The translations under genes and the position numbers were made by a program. This document shows positions 21,982-35,649 of a stretch of 64,000 nucleotides of DNA, one piece after another. The notes under the pieces were generated by a model. The model did no database searches. It was given only the letters and a program-made list of their open reading frames with translations, and was not told the DNA's origin. This DNA is from Raillietiella orientalis (lineage: Eukaryota), in contig JAYWIR010000024.1 in the NCBI GenBank assembly GCA_036172245.1, positions 2,790,001-2,854,000 on the forward strand, written 5' to 3'. Position 1 is the first letter of the stretch. The number at the start of each line of letters is the position of its first letter.

Positions 21982-24420
21982 TTGACCAGCCGCTACGACG
22001 GACGTCTGTTGTGAAGATAAACATAGAAAATAGTAGTGGTAGGGCTCTTGGCCTAATCACATTCAAAGGAAACGGAATTTGCCGAGGTGCCGGTACGCAG
22101 ACTGGCTAGGTATGCCTCAAGGCAACGAAGGGGGGGGGAACAAAAGGAAAACAAAATAAATGATAACAGATGAATACACGAAACTTCCCTTGGAAAGGTT
22201 CGGGAAGGGATCGCATCCCGTTGCGGACATCCTCTGCATCCTCTCAAGGATTCTGGCAAGTTCCATCCATACATTATTATCAAATGGGGCGGCGGCCGTC
22301 CCTTCGAAGTCCTCATGAAGAGATCCGTCCATTCGATGGCGTGTTCCTTCCGTTCTGGCATCTTCTTGCCGAGTTCCAGGTCGCCACTGTCCCGCGAAGA
22401 CAGAGACAACCGCTGAGAACGTGGCTGACGGCAGTGCAGCACGCGCGTCCCGTTGAACGGGCGCCGAGAATCGGCAGTGGCCACTTCGGAGTCGTCTTCC
22501 TGCGTTCCACACTCAACTTGGGTTCATGGCAGTGGAGGAGGACCCACGCATGGATCCCCCCCCCTCCCCAATCCTCCAAATCCGGAGAGGAGAAGTTTGA
22601 AAGGGAACCCAAGCCCGACCATTCCAACTCGAAGGGCAAAACACCCCATCTTTCTTCTCCCCATAACAGCCGTTCTTACAATCGACTTTGCCCTCTGCCC
22701 ATCGCTTTGAGTGCTCTCTGCAGCATCTCTTGATGTTGCGCTGATGCCGATGAAAACTCTGCTCCGCCGAAGCTCGGGAAAGCGAGCAGGCGATGGGGCA
22801 CACGGAAAACCTCTGAGTACTGCTCGAATTTTCCCGGAATCTCCGGTTGTGCTAGACGTGTTCGTTGCAGCCTCCAGAGCCGCTGGCATTCGCAACAAGG
22901 GCGTGACGGACCCACGCGGCAGTCCGTTGGTCATTCCCGGCAGATGGTCCTCGAAAAGGGCGGCAGTTCAAGCACGCGAATAACCTTCAAATGGAGCCGA
23001 AGCTCAGGGTGAAGCCGGAACACGTGCTGCTCCACGCTCCGGAGCGGTTGTGTGACCTCCGAAGCGAACCTCACGTTGCCCGTGGTAGAGCAGGAGGCGA
23101 GCTCTTGCTTCTTACCACGAGAAACGTGAGGTTCGCAGCGACGTCGAGAACGCTGGGGTGGCTGCGAACCCACGTGAGTTTTCCGCGCCATCCAGCGCTC
23201 TCGGATTCCTCCGAAGTGACTTGGCCGAGGTCGGCGCGTCGTCGGTGCAGAGGTTCTGGTGGTGAGTGGACACGAGGCGATGGAGCAGCATGGCCGCGGC
23301 GCTCCTGGACTGCGGCCAAGTTTCTGTTTGGCCGCAGCGCATTCCTTCCTCGCTTGCTCTATTACAAACACCACACAGACGGGCTGCCAGCACAGTGACC
23401 GCGGCAGTAAGCGTTTCGATGATTAACGCCATCGCCACATCCGAATGGATGCTTTCCTTTTATTTCGGAATGTCCGCGTACTGTAAAGGTGGAAAGGAAA
23501 ACAAAGAGATGGACTGACGCGGTTTCGCCCGCCTTTCCCGTTGGAGCTTCTGCAGAGCACACATACGTACGCTCTGTGACCTCCCACGTGTGTGGGAGGT
23601 CAGCCGAGCGGCAAGTGGAAATATCACCATCCAAGAAACTCACGTTTCCGCTTTCCTAGTGGGTGGAAAGCCCGACGGCTCTTTCAGCTCCTATTCAAAC
23701 AGTCCAAACTTCTTCGGGTCCAAATCTGGGTGGGAAACAGGGTCCGTCTGAGAATGACGTAACGAAGCATCAAGTTGACCTGCCTGCAGTGGTCTGCAAG
23801 GGTTTCCTGTGAAGCGAGAGATCTCTTTCGCTACGAGCATTCCGAAGGTAACGGAAGCATCAGCAAAGGAATGTAACGTCTCGGAGGGAGCTGGAAAGAT
23901 CAGAGCGACCCAGTTTACATCTTGAAGACCGCCTTTCATTTACTTTCCCGTGAGCTTCCTGGCGGCACGCCCTTCTATTCATCCCAGTGAATTTCACCTT
24001 TTGCGTTCGCTGCCTTGCCGGTGGTCTCTCAGAAAGCCGCCCACCATCGACCTCGAAAGCTCTGGAGCTAGGACTGCTTCTGAAGAAATGCAAGGGGGGA
24101 ATCTGCGGAAAGATGCAGGAGGAGCGGAAGTGTTTCACTTCCTCGATATAGGAGCACCGCCGAAAGGCTAAGCAGCCCATCCGCAGGGATCGCCGCTCGG
24201 ATGCCAAACCCAATCTGGCGCAGAGCCCTGCCGTCTGCTCCAACTTCCTCAGGGAAACCTCGCATCTTCCGGCCGCGGTGCGGTTTGGAGCACGGAGGAG
24301 CGCTCGCGGCAGGGTGCTGCTGTGTGAGATCGGCGGACCCGAGCTCGCAGCGTTGAAAGTCATCCGACTGGGATCCGTTTCCACTCGGGTGCGCACGCAG
24401 GTCTGCGGAGCTCTCTCCTG
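21982..24420 (-). pseudogene. LINE subfamily G, degenerate RT to 3' end, at site 1
   Basis: KGGLQDVNW (~KGDxxxxxNWRP), FTVRGHSEIKGKHP (~RGVRQGCP) and HAIEWTDLFMRTS (compare DAIHWAWIFLKGT). 3' UTR stem-loop at 22075-22130. Confidence 0.6.
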
Positions 24421-25159
24421 GCACGCCGCTCCTGCTCCCTGGTTGCGTTCCCGGAGCGAATGGGGTCGCTTTGACTTCCGGGATGGCGCACGTCGTGCTG
24501 GTCGAACCGCCCCAACTTTGATCATTTCGCCCGGCGATTCGGGATGGGCAGGTCGCACGCGCTCGCGTGGAATCCACTACGCGAGCTGGTGCGTCTCTCT
24601 CGCGAGACACCAGCGCATCCATTTCAGATATCTGGCACACCACCTGTGATTATCCTCAGGTGTCTCTCCTTTGAATCTGACCTTTCACGCGATGCGTGGT
24701 CAGGAAGCCCATCCCCGGCACTGAACGCGCCTCACTGTTCGGGTGCACAGAGTTCCTTTTTTTTTTTTCTTCTTCTTCGGAGTTCTTCACACGCACGGTG
24801 GTGTTTTGTGCGCGCGCGCGCGCGCGAGCTCGTGTGCCATTCACGCGCATGCGCTTTCGACGATTGCATTTTGCGCAAGCAGTCCTGTGCGTGCCCGCCA
24901 CGAATACCTGTCGAATGGGAATCCCTTTGAAACGCGCACAATGGATAAATCATCCACTCCGTGCGTGGACACGTGTTCGTGCGTAAGACGCATGCATCCT
25001 TTGCGTGGAACGCGGTCCTGAAGATGTGTCAACAGCTCTGACGTGACGCCGCTGCATTCACTACCATGCAATAAATTATTTACTAATTTTGTTTGACCGC
25101 GCGTGCTCTTGTTGCGGTCACGACGCAGGCAGCTCATCTGCTGCGTTTTGTAATCAGGG

Positions 25160-26169
25160 TCATCCTTTTGGGTTCTTCTGTGTCGCTCCTTTTCTTCCTG
25201 CTTTTTATTTTTGTAAATTTTTTTTTGAGGGTTTCCTTTTTTTTGAGGGGGGGGAGGGCAGGGGGGGCTGCTAAGTACTTAAGAAACGTTCGCCTAGGGG
25301 CTCATCGAGCTCCTTCACGCTGTCCCCTCCACCCGAGGTTACATGTGACTCTTCAAGTTATAGGAGGTATCCCTGGGAGGGACCACCCTATGAATCCAGA
25401 AAGGTTCCGGAGGAAGGGGTCCATTCCTTGCTTACTCCTGGTAAGCAACCTCGAAGGGAACACCCCCCGCCCTGGTTGTCTCCGATTTCCACCCGGACAC
25501 TCCTTGAAATTCAAAATAACCTCACATATTGTGTAGGACACTATTGTTACCACACTCAGTTTCTCCATGGACCTGCCAGTAGGCAGGCCGGAGGGGCTCA
25601 CCTCGGCAGGGGAGGGGAATGGGAGGAGACAAAAGGATAGCGTAAATAAAAATAAATAAAAAAATCTTTGGGAGGATCGGGGAGGGACCACTGTTCGCTG
25701 GAAGGAGTCCTCTGCATCCTTTCCAGGATTCCAGCTGGCTTCTTCAGAATAGGTCTCAAGGGGGACATCTGGCCGCCATCCGCAGAAAATGAACTGCGGA
25801 CTGGACGGCGTCCCTCCCGCTTCTTCCTCCGTCGGCTTCTCTCCAGGACGGCGCAGTCCCCTCTGCTGCTGAGGCGAACCCCGCCGGCCTGCCTGCCAGT
25901 TCGCGGCAGGTTCTTCTCTCAGTTGTAATTAACGTGGCAGGATCGAACGGCCTGCCACAGACGTTAATTTTTTATAAATAAACGTCCCGGCGTGACCGCG
26001 TGTCAACCAGTGCCGCACCCGACTAGGCCAACCGGCATCATCTTGCGGGGGGACTCGAAACCCACGACGCAACCCTCGTTCTCGGCGTCGATCCTCCACG
26101 CGGGGATTCGAACCCTCGACGCGCGTCTCCAAGCACGGACTCCTCAGCCACGCGGGCACCAACGCGGGC
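25160..26169 (-). mobile_element. Collapsed composite: tSINE head (26169-26007), LINE-A 3' end (25857-26006, +), LINE-C 3' part (25856-25484, -), tSINE distal body and tail (25483-25160)
   Basis: Same order and orientations as 43722-46022 with the centre deleted. Confidence 0.8.
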
Positions 26170-26339
26170 ACGAGGAATAGCGACCCATGTCAGTCACGCC
26201 TTCTTTTGTTTTCCGCTGTTCTCAGCGTCCGCTGCACGCGCAGAGGTTTCATCCTGTCGCCTTCATTCATCTTTTGTTGTTGAAAGAATAGGTGGAGGAG
26301 GGATGCGTGATTCCTCGCAGCAGAACAGCGTGAGGAGAG

Positions 26340-27420
26340 AGCATCGCAGCCCTCCCTGCAGACCCGAGTGGAAATTGGCCCAGCCGGGTGGCTTTCAGAG
26401 CGGCAAACTCGGGTCCGACGATCTCGGACAACAGCATCTTGCCGCGAGCACTGGAGTGCGCAAGTGGCGCAGCGGCCGGAGGACGCGAGGTGTCCCTGAG
26501 GAATTTTGTCTTCGGGAGGCTCGACGGGACGACGAGTCCTGCCCGAGAAGCCGAATGCCGTCGTCTCCCGAGCCGTGCAAGTGTCATCGATGGGGAACCG
26601 AAGGAGGAAAGGGGCTCTGGAGCAGATGGCAGGGCTCCGCGCCCGATTAGACTTTGCGTCCGGGCTCTCCCGTGCAGACGACCGTCGCTTTCCGACACGT
26701 GGGTGGTGGTAGTGGGGTGGTGGCTGCCAACCCTTGGTTCGGAAGTCGCCGGGCTGAAAGCCGGGCGTCCTGCCTAGCAGTCCCGGGTCAGCTGTGTCCT
26801 GCCGGGAGCTCGAAAAGCGTGCCCGGACCCAGACTCCCCTCCGGAAGAGAATCAATCCCGTGTCCTCGAGGGACGATCAACGAACGAGTGGGCAGGGGTG
26901 GGATGAGCCACCCCCTTTGCACTCGGCATGGTCCCCGAAGACCTGCGTCGGGCGGGGAGCAGACTGGGGTTCGTCCGCACACAATCGCCAAGAGGTTCTT
27001 CTGCACCTTGCATCCCAGATCGGAAGCCGCATCCCCCTCGCCCCTTCGCGTGCAGGTGACGGCCGCACCTGACCACGCCCTTCCTCTGGTTTGGCGGTCT
27101 CCGCTGCTCGGGTGCGTGTCAGGGAATCGCCGGAGAAGGACGACCGGTACACCTGGAGAAGTGACCGTTGCAGGTGTGTGGGCGGAGTAGAGGAGGAGGA
27201 AGAGGCGATCATCTGGCGCAGCCTTCCGCATCCGAGAAGGACGTGCACATCATCCCGCGCTCCTCACCGAAGCGCGGTGGCATTCCTTGTTCCCGGGAAG
27301 AGTCCAGCGTTCCAGCAACGTGCAAGAAGGACGGATCGGGAGGCGGGTGCAGCCCGGGAAGAAGGAAGAGGGGAGGAGGGAGGATATCTGCCTTCGGCCT
27401 TATCTGAGCAGCGGTGCCTC
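26340..27420 (+). pseudogene. LINE ORF2 linker remnant
   Basis: 26360-26460 is homologous to 24300-24395 (reverse complement). PGKSP motif near 27295 (~GKSPGxDG). Confidence 0.5.
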
Positions 27421-30400
27421 ACGGAAGACGGTGCCAGATAAATGGGGCGGACCGATAGCAGCAGCTTGGAGTACATCTCGACGGCCGCGTCGTTTGGAGA
27501 GGGGCGCGCGCGCGCGCGCGATAAAACGGGAAGCCGCGGAGGGCCGCAGCAGATTGCGCGAATTCCGCAGTCCCCGGGCGCCGATGCGCGCCGCCAGCTC
27601 CAAGTCCGAGCTCTAGAGCCCTCGTGGAAAAACGGCAGCCCTCAGCGGGTCTCTTGACGGACGGCGGCTGCATCAGGGAGTGCCCGCTTCCCCGTTCTGG
27701 AATCGCGCCCTCTCCATGCTACCCCGCATCAAGGATCCTGAGGATGCTTTTTTTTTTTTTTTTTCTGGCGATCGCGCGCTTTTCGCTCCCGAGAGAAAAC
27801 GATGGCCGGCTGCCAGGGGGCTTGCACTCGGGATCCTTGGAGTCTTTTGCTCGCGTCCCTTGAGAATGATTCCTGCAAGGAGGAAGACCTCCGAACTTCC
27901 ATGGGACGCGCCCGCGTCCTGTTCGAGCGGAGCTATCCATCCCCTCTTCCCCCCATCCTTGTCTGGGAAACGGTCCCGCGTTCCCCCAAGGACTCTCGAT
28001 GATGACTTCTGCAGCGCGCGCGCGTACGTGCATGCGTGTGTTTATCTATTGCCCCTCCCCCCTCGCATCTTAAATCACCTCTGACAAGGAATGGACTCGG
28101 AGCGCGTTGCCGAGCATTTGCAGTGCTCCAGGGAAAGAGGACGATAAATCTCTCACGGGTACAGCGCGCTCGGGAAAGTATCCTTGAGATGATGCTCGGA
28201 GAAGAACAGCGAGGTTCGAGATCGTTCCGAGCAATGATCCCACCCCCAATCAAGTGTCGCAGCATTTAACTAGTTGATTTCATGGACCCATTTTTTTTTC
28301 TCTCTCTCTTGGTTTTCACGACGACTTCCTCCGGTGAGCAGGCAGGACGCGCCTAAAGAGCGGGTTGAAGACTCGGGTTCTCCGCCCCCGCCGCGAGCTT
28401 CCGCCTTGTGCACGCGTCTTTGGGATGGTGAGGTTTCTCTCCTCCCACCACGCGATCAGCGAGGAAGCACCGTCGAGATGTCTTTGAGAGCAGGCGCACA
28501 ACTCCGGCGCGCGAGAGTTCGGGAGCAGAGCAGCCGTCGGGTTTTCACAGCTTGCTGGCTTTTCCTCGTCGGTCAGCGCTCAAGGCACCGCCTTCCCGGC
28601 TCTCCACCGTCGGCGCCTCCATTGCGAGGTGATTCTGGCACCTCCCAGCTGGCTCCCTCTAACAAAGTCTCCCCGCTCGGAAGAGGTGGCTTAAGGAGAG
28701 GAAACTCCGTCGGCCGCCCCCACCTAACCCGAGCAAGCTCCGCGGCGTTACTGCCACCTCATCTTCAGGCGGTAACCATGAGAAACGAGGTGACAGTGGA
28801 TGAGAACCTGGGATAACCTGGGAGTAGGGGCAAAGGGAGCGAGGTACCCTTGAACCATCCTGTCGGCTTCCCTGCCGCAGCTGTCGGCATGGATGTGGAC
28901 GCCGCTGACTGCTCCTGCTATCTCTTTCGCTCCCATGATCGCCGGATCTTCTCCTCGCCGTTTCCTAGGCTACGGAGGCTACCCATTCTTGTCGCTACTG
29001 CCATCCTTGCCAGCTGCAGCCACCGTTACTGTTGGATGCTTGGGTTGGTCGGGAGGCCACGAACTTTCTTTTTCCAGAGTCGTTCTTCGAAGGCACTAGA
29101 TGTTGTGGCTGCTGTGATTAAGCGACCGAAACAGGGACACCTCTCGGTTCCAGATAAGATCCAGAATTCTTCCTTGAGCACTTGTCGGCTGGAAGGCGCA
29201 CTTTCGATAGCATCGGCGGTCGTCGGTTTTGCCGGTGCGAGCCTCGCGCACGGAGGGCGGAGCTGGTCATCGCCTCGAGCAGCAGTTTCCCCATTCTTCG
29301 CCTGCTGACCATTTCACTGCTCACACGAGTGTGCGTGCCCGCTACCTGCGATCACCGTTCCTGGAAAACCATCCCCAGAGACTCGAGCTGTCCGAGTGCT
29401 CGGCTTCTGGCGTTGCGAAACACATTTGCCATGGGAACGGAATTGCAAGTTTTGTGGTAGGGAGGAACTGGATTTTTCGATCGTCACATCATCTGCATCG
29501 TCGTCACGTCCAGAAACGGCAATTATTAAAGATTAAAAAACCGTTCCACGGGTCGCTCTCTCTTGGTACTTTCCACTAATAAATCGAAAAACATCCTAAA
29601 TGACTGTGGTAAGAAGCGATCGTTCGTAGGAGGCTTTCGAAGAGGATGATTTCGTTTCCGAGGGTCCGTGTCCGAGCTGCGCAAGAACGGATATAAACGC
29701 ACTGATGGGCATGGTCGCTGACAAGGGCAATCAAGTTTCTTTGTGCTGAAAGCAGGCTGCGGTTCGTCGAGAAAGGAAGAAAGGAAAGAAGCCAATTAAA
29801 GGAGAGAAAATGTTAAGCAGATTCCTCGGAAGATCACATGCTTTGATGCAGACAAGGCGTGTGTTTCGTTTCGGAGGCTACATCGGATGGAAGTCGTTGA
29901 GAGGACTCTTTGCGCAGTTGGCTTTCTAATGAGAAACCAAGAGAACGGAATGGAAGAGAACGCGGGAAGCGAAGAGCTCCGAGGGAAGAGAATTGTACCA
30001 CGTTGTTTGCGTGGTCATCCGACGGGTTCGCGAGGAAAGTTTGCGTCCACTCTGGGCCTGATGAACAGCGACTACACGTCCTGAGAACGGAACACGATCT
30101 TTGGCCACGGATTGGTTTCAGCATCACCCGAAGCAATCGAAATGGCCTGGATCTTCTCAGATTATCTTCGGGACCAATTTAAAGAACACATCGACAAGAA
30201 ATGGCACAGAGTTTGCCGGTTCCCCGCCGTTTCCTTGGAAACAAAATATGGGAGTCTAGTCTAGTCTGCTTATTTTCTCTGATGTTCGATTCACGGAGTT
30301 TCTTCTTCCGCAGGTGGAAATGATGAGATTTCCTTCTAGTTTTTCGAAGGGGCAAGAAGACCAATCAGGTCTAAGGTCTTCGAGTGTTTTGAGACAAAAT

Positions 30401-30799
30401 TTTCCAAGTCTGCAGTACGATAACTATTGATGACTGCATCTCTTACCTCCGTTCCCATCCTCCTCCAGTGCAGCAAGCTCTCAGAGTGGACACGTCATTT
30501 ATCGAGATTGAGCATCTAGGGGTAGACATGCATTTCCTCCTAGCAAATGGAAACTCTAAGATTCTTTGTAGAGATGGAGCGACTTTGAAACCCACTTGCC
30601 TGATATCTTCTGTGCTTTGGAGACCTTTGTCTTTCCTCCCTCTTGTGAGAAATTTCCGGAAGTAGCACTCTGAGGAACGTTTTCAACTCCAGTTTGGTCC
30701 GTGGAACCAAGTCAGAAGAAGAGGGACAGAAGTATGGAAGAGTAAAAGCTTACAATTCTAGCAGACAACTCCACCATGATGACAAAGCCTTTTGTGGAT

Positions 30800-32000
30800 C
30801 CTTCCAAGTGAAAGCGTTGGAAGATGGGCAAACGAGCTCTCTTTATTTGGTGAACGAAGAGATTAGATAGAGCGAAGGGACTCTTTTCGATCTTCACCAC
30901 CTTCCTTTTCTGGGTTATAGCAGCATTCCCAAAAACCCTCAGTCCACATCCTCATTGGTTGGGACCAGTTTCTCTCGGACCTCGATGTTCCGGGTGTTTC
31001 CTTCATCTGGAAGAAGTCCAGTAGATCGTCGCGGTCAAATTGGATGCTGGAGAGGTCACGAGGCGCTTCATTTTATCGAGTTGTGGTCTCAGGATCTTCA
31101 GTTCTCGCATCACGTCTTCGTCTGGAGGAACCTAGGATCCCGAAATTCAGCCACTGGGTCTCGGACGATCACCTGAACATCTACAGTCTGCAGGGAGGCA
31201 ACAAGGTCTCTGCGTTTCTTTCTCGAGTCTCTGATGGTAAGGTCATCGAAGCAGACAGCACGGTTGAATCTGTGATCCGAAAATCAAATGTACCTTCTTG
31301 TGTGTCTTCCAACGAGAAGCGTCGCTTTTCCTTGCTGCCTGTGATTTTCCATCAAGGAATAGCCACGCCTGAGTATGCGGAAGATTATGGACAACAAGAG
31401 GATGGTATCGTTCAGTATTAAACAAAGCCAGGTACATTAAGTGGACACATCGGTTAAAACACCTTCCCAACGATCGAACGAAGACCTGCCTATTTTGGTC
31501 GCCAATCTTTAGACCCTGTCAACGCCAGGATTCCAGCAAGCTGGTTTGTCCCAACAACGAGGAATCCCGATGCTGAGAGAAAGGTTAAGGATTCGAACGG
31601 CAGAGATCAATCCGTAGCGCTCACCTCTACAAGCAACACCCACCGCACTCTTCGCTCATCAGTCCTTATCCAGCAGTGACGGAGCTGAACTGGTGGAAGT
31701 TCAAGAGTAGATCCAAGAAGAATGCTCGAGTTGCAGCGGGCGTCTCTCTCATGGAAAAAGGCCACGTGCACTGGAACTTAAAACAGATCCCAGCCAGCAG
31801 CCGTCATGGAGATCGAAAGGGTTCGAAGGGAATACGAAGGCTCGACGAAATCATTTGCCTCAGAGCTTCTCTAGAGTGGCTCGGACGAGAGATGAAGATT
31901 GCGTAGAGATCTTGCCCTTGTTTCCAGAATCTCCGCAGTTTTGCTGCCATTCCTCAGCTTTGTCTCGAAGTGGGAAACAGATACCCGTGCGAACACCGAC
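30800..32000 (+). pseudogene. Highly degenerate L1-like RT remnant
   Basis: SRTIT, LSMRKIMD, GFQQAGLS, SLMEKG and VARTRDEDCVEI occur in the expected motif order. Many stop codons. Confidence 0.4.
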
Positions 32001-32279
32001 AGATAGGCAAAGAGGAGTCCATCAGGAGACCTCCGATCGAAGGAGATCAAAAGCTGTCGTTGCCTTCACATTTCGCAACGGCACGACGGTCGGGAAGAGA
32101 ACAAATCTGAATCAATCGATGCTCCCTGCGTCCGCCTAGATAAGATTTCGATAGTAGCACCAGAGACCTCCCGACGAATACAGAGTGGGGATTCCCACCA
32201 TTACAGGAAAGAAAATAAAAAACCTTGTGAAAAGGCAAGCTTGGAAAGTAGCACGTGTTCCACCTTGCAGCTCTGATGT

Positions 32280-34650
32280 TGACCAGCAAGCTTAAATTCA
32301 TGGCATGCCTCAGGAAGTCGTCCACCTTGAGATGGGAACAGAGGCCTTCAGAGTGATGGAACAAGCACGAGGGAATCGAAAGTCTTAAAAAAAAATCGAA
32401 ACCCAGGATTCTGTGCATTTCTTTGAAAAAGAATGTTGAACTCTTTGAACTTTCCATACTCGCCGATCCCATGTTAGACCTAAATCTGAAGCACCTTCAC
32501 AGAGACTTACATCCTCCACTGCCTCAACAAGGGTTCCACCCCCTGACAAAGTAATTTGGTACCTATATCTCCCAAGGAATTGGCCGCAGATCCATCTTGA
32601 GCTCATACCTCTCTACCTCTAGCACTAGTAAAAGAGCTTCCCCTCTCTGCTCTTGCAAGAATTTGGAGGCAGCTCAATCCTCACAGGAACAAGACGATCA
32701 TATGAGAGAGAAGCGACCCAGTGGGGACCCCATTTCCTCTCGTTGTTTGCAGAGGATCCGAGCAGCACGGTCAAGGCTCGGGCTGTGCTTCAGGACGAAT
32801 CCAGCAGTGCCTCTGGTCATGACATCAAGCCAGGGATGGAAGCGAAGGTAGAGTTAAAATCCCTCCTCCCTCTAAACGCAGAAAGCCAAGGGTCCAGAGA
32901 CGTAAGCAAGGGCGTCTTTCCGGTGCTTGGCCGAGAGGCCTCGGTTGCTAGCGACAGGGAGGAAATTGCAACTTGAAGCTCACCCCGGCTGAACTCGAGT
33001 CAGGAGACCACTTTTCATCACACGAGTATTCTAGTACGACACAACATCCCCCCTACCTGGGACACAATCAGGGTACTCTGCCTCCGAGAGGCATCCCAGT
33101 CGTTGCGAAAGAGTCCATGAAGCAGAAAGGCTGCTGAGGGTTCCAGAAAACGGCGCGCATCCAGTTGTACTTTTCAATGTTCCAGCCGGACGACTTCTCG
33201 GAGCTCTCCAGGCATCGACATATCTCCTGGGATGAGGCCAATCGGGAAGTGCTCGGCGAATTTCAATTAAGCAGGCAAGTGAGCGAGGAACCGAAAACAT
33301 CATTATCCCCGGAAGCGGCGGCAGACAAATAAATCACACAAGAAGATGGATGTGAGCGCAGAGGAAAGAAGTTTTTTTTTTCCCTAGCACTCCGAAGTAT
33401 CGAACGGAAGATGCGAGACAAATCCGTTGAGAGAGAAAGATGAATATGTCGGGATGAGAAGTTTTCCTCAAGAGAATTTAGTGATCTATAAATAGTTTTA
33501 TGGTTTCCTTGCTTTCCAAGAAACATCGGTGCGCTAAATGTTAGGCATTTGCGCCTCTTCCTTTCGCTCCCAAAGCAAGTCTTTCCTCGGAAACGTTTAC
33601 GACTTGAGGCGTTTCCTGGGACGAGGAAGATTCAGGTGCACATGGGGGGATGGCGAACAGGAAGCCGTCGAGGATGAGCAAGCTCCACTGCCGATTTTCG
33701 CGCTGGTGCTGCTGCAACCAACCAGACTGACAGAGCAGCGGGTTGCTCACCGCAACGCACCCCCTGTAGCCTTCGCCCGCCAGAGTGGGAAGAGACACTG
33801 CCGACGAGACGTGGAAGCGAGTCACTTGGGAAATCCGGCGACCCAGAAAGACTAGCTGTGGTGGTATTGAGTTCTGTGGCTGGAGAGGAGCAAGGGGGAG
33901 GACAGTCCGCCGACCACCGGCAGCAACTGCCGGAAGAAATGTGAGTCTCTCCATCCCAAAATGGTGGTTCTTGAGCCGGATCTGCTGGCTAAAGTGAGCT
34001 GCAGACGTTGACTAGCATCGTGTTGAGTTTTCGAGAGGAACCTCAGCTCACATCAAAGTGACCGGCAACCCCTTCTTATCGATGAGGATGAAAGGTAGGC
34101 AAGGAAGCCAAATCTGGAGCTGGTAGCTCTGACCAGTCCATCTAAGGAGTGCATTCCAGACTTTGAGAAGAGCTGGCTTACCAGTGAGACGCACAAGCAC
34201 TGGAATGTCTCCTGTCCCTTCAGGAACTCAGTGGCGGCTGTAGGACAGGCAAGGCAGCTAAAGGAGAAACATGCTGAGCACTGGTTCTTCACTTTGCCTC
34301 GGAAGGATTCCCGGTCCCGACGTTAGGAAGAGCTAGTGTCTCAGGATCCTTGGGGATACCGGACCTAGCAAACGACCAATTCATGAAAGAATTGACGAAT
34401 CCGGAGCTCGAAGATCTCCAAGGTGACGGGCGGAGCACACCAGGAGAGAAACAGTGCGTTGGAAGGTTCAATACTTACGGCAAGGAAGCATCGGCTGGAC
34501 CACTGGCTGTGATGCAGTGACTTGCGGGAACAGAAGCTTCGCAAGGAGCATGAAATGGAGGACGTGGCTTGATTATGGAAATGGGCAAAACCTCATCCCC
34601 GTCTTCTCCTTTGTGATCCCTGTCAACAACAAACGGAATGCTAACTCTGG
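32280..34650 (+). pseudogene. Degenerate L1-like RT and C-terminal remnant, probably interrupted
   Basis: RPSGDPISS (~RQGDPLSP) at ~32705, PYLG at ~33050 and RWKVQY..CDAVTCG at ~34460. Confidence 0.5.
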
Positions 34651-35649
34651 TCCAGAATAATTTAGTCCTCCCAACAAGCAGCCCGACATCCAATGCCAAA
34701 GCGTCTCAGCTGAGGAGTCTTCAGCTGAGCGAAACCTGGAGCAAGGGGATTTCCTTTCTCCAAGAGCTCGGTCCCGTGTTTGGTGTGCCGGCGGTTCACA
34801 TAGGGCACTGCTCTTCGGTCGTTCCTCCGACCAGCGACAGCGCTCGTTGCTACTTTCTGCCGAGGTCGCAGCAGCAAAGTCAGTAGCGTAACCGCCTTAA
34901 CGAGAGTTTCTGAAGCGTTTTGTTCTTTTCGAGTCCGCGCGACTTCTCTTCCCTCTTCCGCTCATCCCTTCCTGCTGAGCCTTCTTCGAGAGCCCTCCCT
35001 TCGTTCCTGTCCTAAATCTTGCGGACCTGTGAAAGTAAGCGGATGACTGGTCCAGCATTGCCAGGTACCCGAGCTTCACAGGCGATGCCCGAACCACATC
35101 GCCGTCGCGAAGGTCTTCTGGCTCCTCATCTGACACCTGAGGTACCAGTTCGTTTCTTTTACCACAAGCCCCGAGTGCATGGGGAAGGAAGGACGGGTAT
35201 CCGCGTCCCGGAAACCGATGCGCTGTTGCGAAGGAAAAGCCAGCAACAACCAGGAGAGGCAAGGGACCGCATTCAGAACTTCGATCTCGAGTACCTGAAA
35301 GAGAAGAGGCTGCTTCCGAAAGATGGACAGGGCATCCGATCGTGGTCTCCTTGCCGCGCAGTCATCCTGGGAGCCTAGAGGCCCCGGCAAGGTTAGGGAC
35401 CTATTCGCTTCGCTTTGAGGAAGACAACTGAGTGGGACTTCGAGAGCAGTTGGCCTCAGCGCTGAGCTTTCCGGGGAGCGCCGGCAACGAAACGGAAGCA
35501 ACCGAAAGTCTCCCTGCGGCAACACGGAGCTTCGGAGCCGGCCAGCAATCCAGATGAAGAACGAAAGAGGAACCTATCCTCTCCTAGGAAACCTCGCGCT
35601 CTAGCTTCCGGAATCTCGAAGAGAATCCCAAGAAGCCGATGGAGGTTTT

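Noticed and set aside
26004..26010. CAACCAG as a common recognition core for sites 1 and 2
   Set aside because: At site 1 the CAA appears to come from the LINE end (the TSD starts at CCAG), and its position relative to the TSD differs between the sites.
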